This document shows positions 27,180-39,718 of a stretch of 64,000 nucleotides of DNA, piece by piece; position 1 is the stretch's first letter; each line of letters starts with the position of its first letter. The stretch lies in assembly GCF_009914755.1 (NCBI RefSeq), contig NC_060927.1; one strand, 5' to 3'. The notes under the pieces are model-generated. The model saw nothing but the letters and a program-made list of their open reading frames with translations, made no database searches and had not been told where the DNA came from. Both the position numbers and the translations under genes were made by a program. The DNA is from the human T2T-CHM13v2.0 reference genome, Homo sapiens.

Positions 27180-27900
27180 TAGCCGCCCAGGTTTATGTAT
27201 TCATCCCTAAGCTGCAATGAAGCGCCTGCCTCCCGGCCAGAGTCCGCTGCCTTTTAGTAGCTTATAACATCAGGTGACGCCTCCAGCCCTCCCATTCCCC
27301 GCCCCAGCCCGGATAAACGTCCTCCGTGACCTTAGAAGTTTTCAGTTTAATCAGCGGTATCGTTTTTGAGAGGAAAATCCTCCCAGCTTTGCGGGCTGGC
27401 AGGGCTCTGGGGCCCTCCCCTGCCTCCCAGCCCAGGCCGCAGAGCGAGAGCGTTTCCATCTGTGCTGCGAGCGGGAAGAGCCTCTCTGTGCTCCCCGGCA
27501 CGTCCAGCGCGCGGGCGGGAACACGCTCTCCTGTGGGGGGCAGCTTTCCCAGGGACCTTGCCTAACGAGGGCCAGGCGGCTCCCCCGTGGGCCCCGAATG
27601 GCTCCTGGCAGGCAGACCCCTATCCCTGTCGAGAGCACTGATTTCCCCAGCGTCGGGGGAGGCAGCCGCGCCCTCCTGGAGCGAGGCAATCCAGCGGTCA
27701 GGCGGCGGCGAGGGCCTGCGCGTGCGCAGAAAAGAGCTGCCTCCGCGCCAGGCAAGGGGCGCGAGGGCGGAGGATGGAGGGCGAGGGCGCATGCGTCAGC
27801 CGTGCCGCTGGGGCCGCGTAGGAGAGCTGAGCTGCTGGGTCCTGCCGTCAGTGCAGTTTCTTGGCAGCACGTTGGGGACACTGCGCCATGAGAACAGAGC
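27180..27900. promoter_or_regulatory. CpG island, promoter-like region
   Basis: About 55 CpGs in 720 bp by manual count. GC box 27297-27305, NRF1-type tgcgcgtgcgca 27717-27728 and gcgcatgcgt 27787-27796, CTCF-like motif 27665-27681. Confidence 0.85.
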
Positions 27901-27929
27901 CACAGAATGTTAAAGGCACAGCCTCCTTC

Positions 27930-28050
27930 GAGGGCATTTGCATAATGCCTCCCGTTTACAGATGAGGAAATTGAGGCCCAAAGAGGTGATGGGAAAGGCC
28001 CAAAGCTGCATTTCTGGCTTCTGGCAGCTGGGACCAGATCCAGCTCGTAT
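27930..28050 (-). mobile_element. MIR fragment
   Basis: cccgtttacagatgaggaaattgaggcccaaagaggtga. Confidence 0.7.
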
Positions 28051-28169
28051 TGACATGGTTTAAGCACTTCTTCAATGAGCACTTATCAAAAGCCTAGATA
28101 CTGTGTACTCAGTGTCTTGAGTGGCAGCGAAAGATAACCACGAATACGTCAGAAGCAGTGTAGCCACGG

Positions 28170-28400
28170 CTGCCCTGGATTTGGGCATAGAATCAGACAG
28201 ACCTGGGTTTGATATGATGATTTCCAGAACCACACTACTAGTTGGATGGCCTTAGTGAAGCAGTTAACCGCTCCATGCCCTAGCTTTCTGGTCTGCAAAA
28301 CGGAGATAAAAATAGGCTAGGGTCGTGGGATTTAAATGAGATAAGGTGCACATTGTTTAGCACAGTGCCTGCGCATGGAAGGCTCTCAAATAAATATTCG
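28170..28400 (+). mobile_element. MIR
   Basis: gaatcagacagacctgggtttga...tctgcaaaacggagataa...ttaaatgagataa...ttagcacagtgcctg. Confidence 0.75.
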
Positions 28401-29159
28401 TGCAATGTTTTGAGAAGTAGAAAGTGCTAGGCACGTAGGCGTTCAGGAGACAGTCACGGTACTCGTTTCCAGACAGAAGTCATGAGGAACAAGAGGGAAG
28501 GTGCTTTCCCGTGTGCAGCGCTTGGGGAGACTCACACAGACAGAGGATCTGGCATGACAGGGAAAGGAGGAAATGGCTTCTGTTAATCTCTCCTTCAGCT
28601 TCTCCCGCCCTTCCCATGCACTCTTCCTGTTTCCCTTTCCAGTTCTCACGGTGACTCAAGGTAGGTGGCTGCAGAGAGACATTGGGACCTCTTACCAGGG
28701 AAAATATGTTCTGTAATCTGGCATAATTTAAGTTTTAAGTCCCATTTTATCATAGGGGTTCCCCTCCCCTTTACCTAGGTGTGATAGGCACAAGAAAAAG
28801 GAATGGAGTTAAGTGGATAAGTGACTAAGGTGTCACATTGGAGTAGTGTGGATCATAGATCTCAGAGCTGAAGATCATCTAGGTGGACTCCCTCATATTA
28901 AAGAAGAAGCAGTGAAAAACTGTGAAAGGCAAAATGACATCAAGTTTCAGACTCAAGTTGGAGCCATGGTGTTCTGTAGCACCATAGTTCATTCATCCAC
29001 TCATACACACTACTCTGGGTGGATATCTGATATACTGCCAGGTACAAGGTTCTGCCTCAGTAGGCAGGGAAAGGGGAAAGGAAATAGAAATCCGGGAGGA
29101 TTCTCGGGTTCTTTGTGCAGCTTCATGGATGTTGATACCATTTACTGTGATTGCAAGTA

Positions 29160-29860
29160 GAGGAACAGAAATGGACCTGAGAGGAAGATGGCATGTTTTG
29201 AACATGGGTTTGAGGTGGCTGTAGGACATCCAGGTGGAGACCTCCAGGAAGAGTTAGGAACATGAGTTCCAAGCACAGGAGAGAGGCCTGGAGGTGCCCA
29301 CTGGGGAACAGTCAACTTAAAGATGGTCACTGAAGCCAAGGCAGGGCTGGGATGGCCCAGAAGAGCAGGCAGAATGAAAAGACTATGAAAGCATGAAACC
29401 CAAACCTGACAGATACCAGATCCTAAGGATCAAATAAGAGATCCTGAGGAACAGATGGAGAAATGGAAAGAAAACCAGAAAAAAGTGGCATCAAGCAGTT
29501 CACATCAAGACTCTCCAGGTTGAAGACGTAGTCAGGAGTGGGAAATGCCACCGAGATGTGAAGCAAATGAGCACCGGAATATGTCTGTTGTATTTGACAA
29601 TGAGGAAGTCATTGATTACTTGTGAGACATTGGTTTTAGTGGGGATGTGAGGGCAGAAACAAAATCACACTAGGTTAGAAGCAAAATGGAGTCAAAGAAG
29701 AGAAGAGGCAGGGGTAGTGGGTATAAACCACTGCTTCAAGAGAGTTGGTTAGGCAGGGAGGGGGAAGTTACAGCTAAAAGGGGAGGCAGGGAGAGTTTCC
29801 TTTATTCATTGTCGTTTTGTTTTATTTGTTGTGTTTTGTTTTTGCAACTATGGGAAACTG
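29160..29860 (-). mobile_element. L2 internal fragment
   Basis: tttgaggtggctgtaggacatccaggtggaga...caggagagaggcctggagg...aaagatggtcactgaagcca. Confidence 0.6.
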
Positions 29861-30217
29861 GAACGAGCTTATAGGAAAGGGGAAGCAGGAGGGGTCAGCA
29901 AGGAGAAATAACTTGGAGTCTCAGTACAACCCCCAGCACCACCACAGGGTGAGTGACAGAAGAGGGGATTCTGGCCCCAGATAACCCAAAGGAAGGGATC
30001 CTCTTCCTTGGTTATTTTTTTTCTACCACTGGAAAGGAAGAAACGTACATGGGAGGTTTAGAAATGGACTTGGGGAGCTCTTTAAGCAAGGTTTATCTGT
30101 GTCAGGATCTAACCCTGGCAGTAATCTTACCATCAAATGCATTTAATCAGACCCATTTGCATGTGGAGCTGTGCCCAGTGCTATTCAAATAATGTGAAAT
30201 GGATACTGTTATTACCA

Positions 30218-30346
30218 TGTCAGTCAGGACTATGGGTAGCAAGTGACTGAAACCCAGCTCTAACCACGGGATCCATGGGTTTGCTAAAAACTGGGTAGAC
30301 TGGCTTTAGGCCCAGTTAGATTTCAGGTGCTTTAAAGGTGTTGTCA
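30218..30346 (-). mobile_element. MLT1K-like LTR, left piece (interrupted)
   Basis: gtcaggactatgggtagcaagtgactgaaacccagctc...ctggctttaggcccagttagatttcagg. Confidence 0.6.
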
Positions 30347-31742
30347 TGTATGATAGGCATAATGTTTTGAAATTATCAATGTAGTTTTCTCTTTTGCCTT
30401 TCAAAGCATATGAACTTAGTCTACTCTAGGCATTTATCTGCCTAGGAAGAAATGAAAGTTCTTTCCAGAAAGTATGCAAAGAGAAAGAAAACATAACACT
30501 CAGCTTCTGGCATTCAAAAATAAATTTTGTAGCAAGGCAATAGCCATGTAATTCAAGCCCTTACCTTGAGAAAATATCCTGTACATTCCATTACCTTCCT
30601 CTTCAGAGGGTCAAGAACTGAGCTTGGTAGACTAAACCTTAGGGTTTTATATTCGAAAGGTCTAGACCAGGAGAAAGTGGGGATTATCAGAGGACAGAAG
30701 TAGCAGAATAAACAAGAGGCCTGAGTGGAGAGATTGTATTGGAAAAGTAAAGCTTAACCACAAAGGCAGAGGGAGATCGTTCCCCCACGCCCCCTCCAGA
30801 ATTATGAGAGGAAGAGCCCAGTGTTGGTCGGGTAGCAGCAGGCCCTGCTATGGACTTTTCAAGCTCTGTCAGGTCCCTGGGAAGGCTAGATTCTACCCAG
30901 ACATAGCAGAAAGCCTGTAGCCAGCTTGCCAGAGGTGATCATTGTAGTGAGGTGACTCAGTGGTTTGGGCTGCCGAGGAGACCCCTGGGACCAGGGTTGA
31001 TAGGAAGTCATGGACAGAAGTCGGAGTCTGTAGCAGCAGGAAAAGCAGAGAAGGAGCTAAGCCAGTCAGGAAACACCTTTGGGAGCACTGCTTCAGATCA
31101 CCTCAGATGGACACAAGCTCCCCATCCACAGACCCCCACATCAGAGGCTTGCAGTGCACCCAGGACAGACAAAAAGTGGATGTTGTCTCAAAATAATCAC
31201 ATACAAGGCAGCTATGCTCAAGGACCAGTACAAGGACAAAAGTTCCCTTCCTCTCAACACCATGAGGACACAGAAAAGACACACACCACCATACTACCTC
31301 CACCCCAGCACACCCTACCTGGATGACGATCAAAACATTTAAAAATCCTTACAGGCTCAGGCGCTGAGGAGTATAAATGGAGATGTCTTACTATGTCCAG
31401 AGTTAACCCTTTAGTTGATGGATTATGAGGAGCAGGGACCTCAGGGCAGAACCTGTTTACCAACTGCTCCATGCATACTTTAGTATTTTATCAATGAGGG
31501 CAGCCATAATGCCATGTACCTGTTGAATATTGGCCATGCATCCAGATGGCATCTTTATAGGAGGGGAAGGAGAAAGAGGAAGCCATCTGAGAAAGCGAGC
31601 ATGTTCTCAATGGGGATATTGAATTATTGGATTGAATCAAGATTTAAACCCTAACTAGTGAAGGACCAGACTGGTTATGGACAAACTAGAGAAATTACAT
31701 TTTATTGGCACATCCAAGTTGCAGTATGAGTTGAATTTACCA
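30347..31742. mobile_element. ~1.4-kb ancient LTR-like insertion (family uncertain, possibly LTR78- or MamGypLTR-like)
   Basis: Starts TG and ends CA, and splits two collinear MLT1K pieces. The family assignment is inference. Confidence 0.45.
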
Positions 31743-32053
31743 TCTGTCAGCTTTCTTTGTGTTAGTTTCACTCTCAGGTAGAAGCTCCAAGCATCAGCAT
31801 ACCAAAGGGCAAAGAATCTCTTTCTTAATAGTGCCTGCAAAATCCCAGTCAGGCTCACATTGGCTTAGCTTTGGTAATGTACCCATCTCTGAACCAAGCC
31901 CTGATTGGCCAAGCCCAGGTCACATAACTATTCCTAGCGTCATGAACTGAAAGTGGAGTGAGAGGTGGCTCCCCTAAAGAAAATCAAAAGGCTGTGAGCA
32001 GAAAAATGGGGTAATGAATGTTGGGTAGGCAGGCACAACAGATAGAACCACTA
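31743..32053 (-). mobile_element. MLT1K-like LTR, right piece
   Basis: ctcacattggcttagctttggtaatgtacccatctctgaaccaa...tgattggccaagcccaggtcaca...gaatgttgggtaggcaggcacaacagat. Confidence 0.7.
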
Positions 32054-32411
32054 TTGCCTTCTGGAGTTTAACTCTCTAAAACTCAGAAAGCACAGTATCT
32101 CCATGGCAGGAAATGAATTGGCACCTGAGCACTTATTCATACATCGATCAGTGTAGAAAACTAACTTTGAAAATCATAAAGCAGATTTATTTTTCCCTCT
32201 TAAATTTTCTTCCCACACTGATTAAATTAATTTTAATAATTAGAGTTGGGAAATATAATCAACTAAATATCTAGTATAGTTTAAAGCTTGGTATAAGCTA
32301 TAAATAGTTCCACTTAGGAAATGCTCAGTCTCCCTTTTTATTGATGTGAAGACAATAACTGTTTTACTTTTTCTCTGTGTATTATTTTCTCTTTTTTAAG
32401 AATCACCTTCT

Positions 32412-32579
32412 TGTTGGGCATGGTAGCTCACACCTGTAATCCCAGCTACTTGAGAGGCTGAGGCAGGAGGATTGCTTGAGCCCAGGAGTTAGGGGCTGCA
32501 GTGAGCTATGATTGCACCACTGCAGTCCAGTGACAGAGAAAGACTCTGTCTCTACAAAAAGAAAGAAAAAAAAAACCAT
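32412..32579 (+). mobile_element. Free Alu monomer (FRAM-like)
   Basis: Single right-arm-type monomer with A tail. 13-bp TSD agaatca(c/a)cttct at 32399-32411 and 32580-32592. Confidence 0.9.
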
Positions 32580-33057
32580 AGAATCAACTTCTCCTAAATC
32601 CAAGATGAACTGCACAATTAATTTATTGCCTATTTTTAAAAAAGGTTTTTGTAATAAACAAAAGTTAATTATTCCAGATACAAAGAGATCGTAATGGCAG
32701 CATCAGCTTTTCTTCACAGACTCTTATTTTCAATGTCACAAAACACTTCCACATAAATTTTTAAATCCACATGATTTTAAAATCAGCCCTAAGTAAAAGG
32801 AGATATTTAAAGTCTAGAAAAAGGAAACATAGTCATCAGTTTTACTCCAAAATTTATGCTGTCTTTTGGAAAGAATATTGTTTCATAAAGGATATCTTGA
32901 TATTTACAATATATAAAACTTAAATCTCAGAATTGAAAAACTCTTTGGGAAAAAAAGTATTAATCATAATAAAGGAAATAAACTCATCATCCTCTAGTGT
33001 CTGAGTCACATAATTAATTCAGAAGGGGCTGGCTTTCTCTGCATGTGGGATCCCAGG

Positions 33058-33720
33058 TATTCATTTATGCATCAAATATTTATCACACCCTTCATAGCTT
33101 CTCCGCACTGTGCTGGGCACTGGGGATGTGAAGATGAGTGAGACAGGCTCATGTCTGGGAAGAATGGAGACAGATGGAGAACACAGAGCTCTATGCTGCG
33201 GGTATAAGGGCATAATGAGGGCTTGCAAGAGGAACAGTTCGTTTTCCGGGGGTGATGGCTCAGAGACAAGCTGGGATACTAAGCTGCCTGAAGGGTTTGC
33301 ATTTCCCATGGTGCCCAGTGCAGTGCCGAGAATGAACTTGTAGACCCTTTATTGCTGTGGCTAAGATGGAGGAGGTTTGGAAATCTTTGACAGCTGAGCC
33401 CTGTGACAGAAGAGAACAAGAATTCCTGGTCCTCCCAACACCTCGGTATGTGTACTCTGGTGCTGATGTTCAAGGTCGTGGTCATTCCAGTCATGCATTC
33501 AGCAGGCAGTCACTGAGCACCTACCAGACACTGCTCAAGCAAAGCAGACTAAAACCTCAAGGAGCTTACTCCTAAAGTAAGCTATACGTTTTGCTATATA
33601 TTGTGTATCAAAATGCTGATTAATGCTATGGAGAGAAAGGAAACAGGAAATGGGAAAGCAGGGATTATAGGTTGAGGGTTATGTAACATGAAATGGGGTC
33701 TTTAAGAAGTCTGAACTGAA
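33058..33720 (-). mobile_element. Two adjacent L2 3' fragments
   Basis: attcatttatgcatcaaatattt...gcactgtgctgggcactgggga, and cattcagcaggcagtcactgagcacctac...cctcaaggagcttac. Confidence 0.6.
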
Positions 33721-34356
33721 GACAGCTCCCTCAGTTACCTAAGCACCAACAACTGTGGCTGGTGACACATTAGGAGCCCTGCAAAGAAAGTGGCCAGCCA
33801 CCTAATCCCAGAGTTTCCAGGAAGTGGCCAGTTGGAGCCAAGACAGGGTGGTGTGCATCCTCCTTCATACCCCAAGAGTTTTATTATGTGGTGAGTGGAG
33901 CTGGTACAGCCAGAGTCTGAAGCAGTCGAGAGGGCATGCCTGGGAAGGTAACAGTCCTTTGTTCTGGAAATGATGAGAAGGTTTGTTTAGATGTAGTCAG
34001 GTCCCCAGGCAATGTCTTCTGGGGAAGAAGAGCATCCAGCTCCCTAAAGGAAAGATTTGGCAAGGCCAAGAGAGAAGGTCAAGGCCCTGACCAAGAGAAT
34101 CAGAATGGAGCATAGATGCCACATCGCTGGAATGGGCTAGGAGGAGTGAGCACATGGGGTACAGGCCCCATCTTTCATGGGCATCAGGCTACAGCTGGGA
34201 GGGGAGAAAAGAGAACTTAGGGTCATGTGTAGACCTTTAGGCTGGAACAGAGGGTTGGTATAGGATGACCAGGTTACAGGGGCTTTGGAATCAAGTCAAG
34301 GAATATGTGTTTTTCTCAGATCTACTAACACTGGCTCAGGTGTATCTTTGCAGTAG

Positions 34357-34715
<359 letters not shown>

Positions 34716-35009
34716 CCACCACAGTTCTTTTAACCATAAGCCAAATAACAATGAAATAAACTGTCAGTTCCCTGGGAGGGCAGCTAGGAATGGGAAGGAA
34801 GGTGAAATGGCAAGGAATCCCCGTTTTTCGTGCCCAGAGTATAATTCTCAGTGGAAACCAAGCAGAAACAGACTTAAACAAACCCCTGGGGAGGAGAAAA
34901 GCATGTCTAGTAAAGAGTGACCAGCGCAGTTTGCCCTCCTGTATGAATACCAGGGTCACAACAACGTGTCATGTTGCCACTTTGATCACAGGATTTTGGT
35001 CAGAAAGAA

Positions 35010-35130
35010 TGTGGGATTTGGACTTTGAGTTTGGCTCTTGACTGTCACCTGTTCAGTGTGTGACCTTGGGTAAGTTTCTTTACCCTCTGAGCCTTCGTTT
35101 CCTCATCTGTATAGTGGGAATGTGCAATCT
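35010..35130 (+). mobile_element. MIR core
   Basis: tgtgtgaccttgggtaagtttctttaccctctgagccttcgtttcctcatctgtatagtggg. Confidence 0.8.
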
Positions 35131-35711
35131 GGAGTCTGTGCTAGGATTCCGTCACATCTAGTGGACTAGCAGGGAAACCCTACAGGGATCTGGGAAAACT
35201 CCCTTCTTGAGGAAATGCAGGGAGCTGCGCACAGTGGGCTCACCAAAAGGTGAAGCATCATACTGGAGAAAGGAGTAGTTTTGAGTACACTGTGGTAACA
35301 GGGGCGGAACCCCATCCTTCACCCTACCCCATATCAGACCCATGTCTCATTCCTGGGCAGAGTTGTCACTAAAAGCTAAAGGGACTATTTGTTAGTGCTT
35401 CATAAGACACTGGAGTACAGGGTCACTGAGATGAAACTCCTATAAATGAACATAAGAGAGAAAAAGGCAACTTTTCCACCTGACAATCCACAGAGCAACT
35501 TTACCAGAGTGAGATGGCAGAGCAGAGTAAGGGACAGTGCCTGGGCATTGATTTGCTGATGAGCACATGTAAGACCTCCTACCCCAGGAACTCCCCAAAA
35601 GTGCAGGGTAGAAGGTGCTTTGCAGGGAGCTAGGTTCAAAGTGAGAAATGGTGGTAACAAACTAACATTTAGATTATTAGTCTTGATGTGACTTTATTTG
35701 TGCATGCGTAG

Positions 35712-36276
35712 TGTATCACACAGGGTTCTCTAGAGAAACAGAACCAATAGGACATATACAGATATGTAGAAGGGGATCTATTACGGGAATTGGCTCATGC
35801 AATTGGCTCGAGAAATTCCATGTTATGCAGTCTGCAAGCTGGAGAACCAGGACAGGTGGGGGTATAATTCAGTCTGATACTGAAAGCCCCAGAACCAGGG
35901 GAGCCGATGCTGTAACTCCCAGTCAGAGGCCCAAGGTCTGAGAACGCAGGTGACAGCTTATGTAGAGAATGCAGCTTATGTAAGTCCCAGAGTTGGAAGG
36001 CCCAAGAACCTTGAATTCTGGTGTTGGAAGCGAAAGAAGATAACGTCCTGGCTCCAGAAGGGAGAGCAAATTCACCTTTCCTCCACATTTTTGTGGAGGC
36101 TGAGGGCCAGTTGGATGCTGCCCACCTGCATTGGTGGGGGTGATCTATACTTAGTCCACTGATTCAAATGCTAATGTCTTCCAGAAACACCCTCACAGAC
36201 AACCCAGAAATATTGTTTTATCATCTATCTGGATGCCCCTTAACCCAGTGTGGTCGACACAAAATTAACCATCACA
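35712..36276 (-). mobile_element. MLT2B-like ERVL solo LTR
   Basis: cagggttctctagagaaacagaaccaatagga...gtctgcaagctggagaacc...ctgattcaaatgctaat...aaaattaaccatcaca. Confidence 0.9.
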
Positions 36277-36569
36277 CCTGGTGGGGGAAACTTGGCTAAT
36301 ACCTACCTCATGGGAATCAAACAGGATGTTCCCAAGCATGAGCCTGGACATGGCAAATACACAGTAAATGGCAAATTCCCTCACAAACCATCCAGGGAAC
36401 CCACTGGAACCATTGCAGAATGCTCAGAACATCTCCTGGTGTGTTTGGGGATTGGACAACATTCTTGTAGCAAATATCTTTAATCAAAAAGTAACTTAAC
36501 ACATATCTTTGAGCATGTATATGTTCCAGTAAAGTATACATGCTAAGAGGGGTTTGAAATTATCTTTTC

Positions 36570-36770
36570 TTCTCAGCACTTTACAGTTTACAAAATACTT
36601 CAATGTGAATTTTAGTCACGTTAGCTCTTGCAACAACTTAATAATGTAGGATCCCCACATATAAATCAGAAGATTGCATTTCAAAGAGGTGAAGTGACTT
36701 GTCCTTAATAACCCAGCTAATAAGGGGTGCAGCTGGACTCAAACCTGGTCTCTTTCCATTAAAGTCTGGT
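36570..36770 (-). mobile_element. MIR fragment
   Basis: agcactttacagtttacaaaatactttc...agaggtgaagtgacttgtcc...ggactcaaacctggtct. Confidence 0.65.
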
Positions 36771-37339
36771 AGAAAACTAAGACCAAAACAAATACAATAA
36801 TGACAGAAAAAAAAAAAAACCACAGCAAATACGAAAACCTGTGGTTCTGACTCAAAGTGCTGGAGACAAAGACAAATGTCTGTGGCTGGACATCCAGAAG
36901 GAGTCAGCTGGGACCTGAGCCGATCTAACTAGAAAATGAAAGGGTGCTGCTGAGGACAGGGAGGCAGGGATGGAGGAGGCAGGTTTCCAGTGGGACCTCA
37001 CCTGGCACCCCTTGAGCTGGCACCCACCTTTTCACATTTCACAGAGCATTTCTACTGACCTTTCCAAAGGGCACTGCACCTCACTGCTCCCAAATCTCTG
37101 AAAGTCAAAACGGAGGCTTTGCTCCTGCATCACTGTCTGGACCATACAAATCACCTCTTGTGACTTTGGCAACTGCTGGTCTCAGGGTTTGTATCCTAGT
37201 CATTTCTACTTCTTGGAGAATCATTTATGACATTCTAAAAGTATAGAAAACCATCTACTGAAATGTGTCAACATTAAAACATTAGTTAGCTAGAAATGAT
37301 GCTCATTTAAGTTACAGAAAAAAACAACAGACAGGAAAA

Positions 37340-37570
37340 GACATGAGCATTTATGGGCCAGCCTCTGTACTAGCATCTCTCACACTCATGATCTCTTGTT
37401 ATATTCACTGCAATACAATTTGGGAAATGGTATCATTCCCACTTTGACAGCTGAGGAAATGGACACTCAGAGAGGCTAAGTAACGGCTAAAGTCACACAA
37501 TTAATAAGCAGCAAATCTAGGATGTGAATCCACGTCTGACTTCAGGGTATTTTGCAATATACCACAGTTT
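37340..37570 (-). mobile_element. MIR
   Basis: tcccactttgacagctgaggaaatggacactcagagaggctaagtaac...aaagtcacacaattaataag. Confidence 0.75.
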
Positions 37571-38119
37571 ATGGCCTGTGGAATTCAAATGGAATTAAGA
37601 GATGACCAGTAAACATAGTTTCATTGCCAGTAAAATTCTTGACTTTGCTTTTTTATTAATTCATATTTACTAACAATGCAATTTCCAAATTACCAGCTTC
37701 GGAAGAGTTCTTAAATCATTGAAGTACTCAGGATTCATGGAGTCCTAACAATTAGGATTTGACACTGAGAGAGATGCCACCAGAGGACCCACGTGGAGCT
37801 GAGTGACTCTAATGTGAACTTTCTTTTTTGACAGTTCTCTGTAAAAATGTGGCCTATCTTGCACTGGATGGAAGACAAGGAAGAGATTCTCAGTCAAACC
37901 TGCCTGGTTTCCTCAAACTCTGTTTAATACAAATGCCAAAGTTTGACACATTCTAACCACTTTGCTTTCTTTGGCAACTCCAACTTTGACAAGAGAGTAA
38001 GAATGTCTCCTCCTTGACAGGAACAACGTGTGAAATGAAAGACCTCAGGTGCTGTATTGGCTCTTGACAGCTCTTCAGAAGAAAATACCTCCTGCCTGTT
38101 CTGTTCAGTCCTGGTGCAG

Positions 38120-38720
38120 GTGAGTCACTGCCTTGCCAGCCAGGCAAGTATTTTAAGAAACAAAATCTAAGCCAGAACCAGCAGAGAAATACGAGGGATG
38201 GATTAGCGCCATTAGCTTTGATGGTGTCTTGTTGTCATGGTGCTAGGAAAATCACTATCATTTACAGTCCCACTCACCAGCTGTTTTGCTAGAATTTTTG
38301 ACATGAGAGGCTGGTGGCCACCCTAACACAGGCGTGGGACATGGGTGTGCACACACACGTACACCTGCAGCAGACACCCACTCTAGAGGGCTCACGTTGG
38401 TTGTCTGGGACGTGATTCAAAGGCTGTACCCATGTGTATGACAATCCTGTTTCCCGTACATCAGCTTCCAGGAAGCCAAATGACCCACCGGCTTACCCAC
38501 ATCGCAGGAAGCTTTGGAGCAGAGTCAGTGACTATGTGAACCTGCCTCAACCTCTGCTCCCTGGTTCAGCATTTGGCTTGGGAAAAATGACACTATTTCC
38601 TGTCTCTTAAACATTATTTCAAGGCACAGGTCTTCCACCATTCTGAGAGGCAGGGGGATCTTTGAGTTCTGCCAGGAGCTGGGGGTTAGGGGTAGGGGAA
38701 TCCCGCCCAAGGGAAATGAC
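38120..38720. promoter_or_regulatory. Candidate cytokine or inflammation-responsive enhancer
   Basis: AP-1 TGAGTCA 38121-38127, STAT GAS TTCCAGGAA 38466-38474, ETS CAGGAAG 38469 and 38505, NF-kB GGGGAATCCC 38695-38704, GC box 38702-38708. Repeat-free sequence. Motif-only evidence. Confidence 0.45.
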
Positions 38721-39327
38721 TAGAATCTTTGTCAGGCTGTGGAACACAGGCATTTCTGGATAGGTGGCCTCCCCTGTGGCCTCTCCTGGCATCTACACTG
38801 CAAAGTCCCCTGTATCTACTGAAAGGGGTGAGGGTGGGGGCATTCATTGGTACTGGGAGGCAAGCTTTGAGTGGAAAGGAGCTTCTCTCGTGGCCCTCCA
38901 GTGAGCCACACTAGAGGAGGCCTCAGATGCATGGTGCTCCCTGCTCAGACTCACACTTGCCTGACTCCCTCCTTCGTGCTCTTCCTTCGGCTGCCCTTAC
39001 CTGGGGGACTACAGTGGCTGTGGGGGTGCAGCGGGGGTTGGGGGGGGCGGCATACCTCACTACCTGGCTTTTCCCAAGTCCCTTTAATTAAGCCAAATCT
39101 TTGTATGAATGTAAAATACAAGTAGGCTTTATCCCTGGGCCCTGTGCTCCTCTGCCCCAGATTCTGACTCAAGGGCTTGGAGCAGACTTATTTTTACTAA
39201 AAGCCCAAGTGATTCGATTGCAGGTGGTCCTGGACAACACTTTGAAAAATGCTGGGGCAGAAACAAGCCAGCAAGCATATGGGATTCATCTGCTGTGAGT
39301 GATAATTTATCTAGTTTCTAAAAATAG

Positions 39328-39718
39328 TGTTATAGGCTGGACTGTGTCCCCTTCCTGTGCCCCGCCGCCATGCATATATGGACGCCTAGTACCTCAGAAT
39401 GTGACTGTATTTGGAAACAGGGCCTTTGAAGAAGTAATTAAGTTAAAATGAGGTCATTAGGGTGGGCAGTAATACAGTATAACTGGTGTCCTTATAAGAA
39501 GAGATTAGGACACAGATGCACACAGAGGGAAGACCATATGAACACAGAGGGAGAAGACAGCCACCTGCAAGCCACAGAGAGAGCCCTTCAAAGAAACCAA
39601 CCCTGCAGACAATTTGATCTCAGGTTTCTGGCCTCCAGAATTGTGAGAAAATAAATTTCTGTTGTTTAAGTCACCCAGTCTGTGGTATTTTGTTATGGCG
39701 GCGAAGCTAACGAACACA
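39328..39718 (+). mobile_element. MLT1B-like MaLR solo LTR
   Basis: TG...CA termini. cctcagaatgtgactgtatttggaaacagggcc, ctggcctccagaattgtgagaaaataaatttctgttgtttaag. TSD aatag/aacag. Confidence 0.9.

Noticed and set aside
27258-27273. tagcttat-aacatcag, reminiscent of miR-21 (first 8 nt plus reverse complement of its 3' part)
   Set aside because: No full mature sequence and no pre-miRNA hairpin, so a chance match.
27351-28082. 243-aa and overlapping ORFs across CpG island 1
   Set aside because: GC-rich DNA is poor in stop codons, ORFs occur in several frames on both strands, there is no recognisable domain, and part lies in a MIR.
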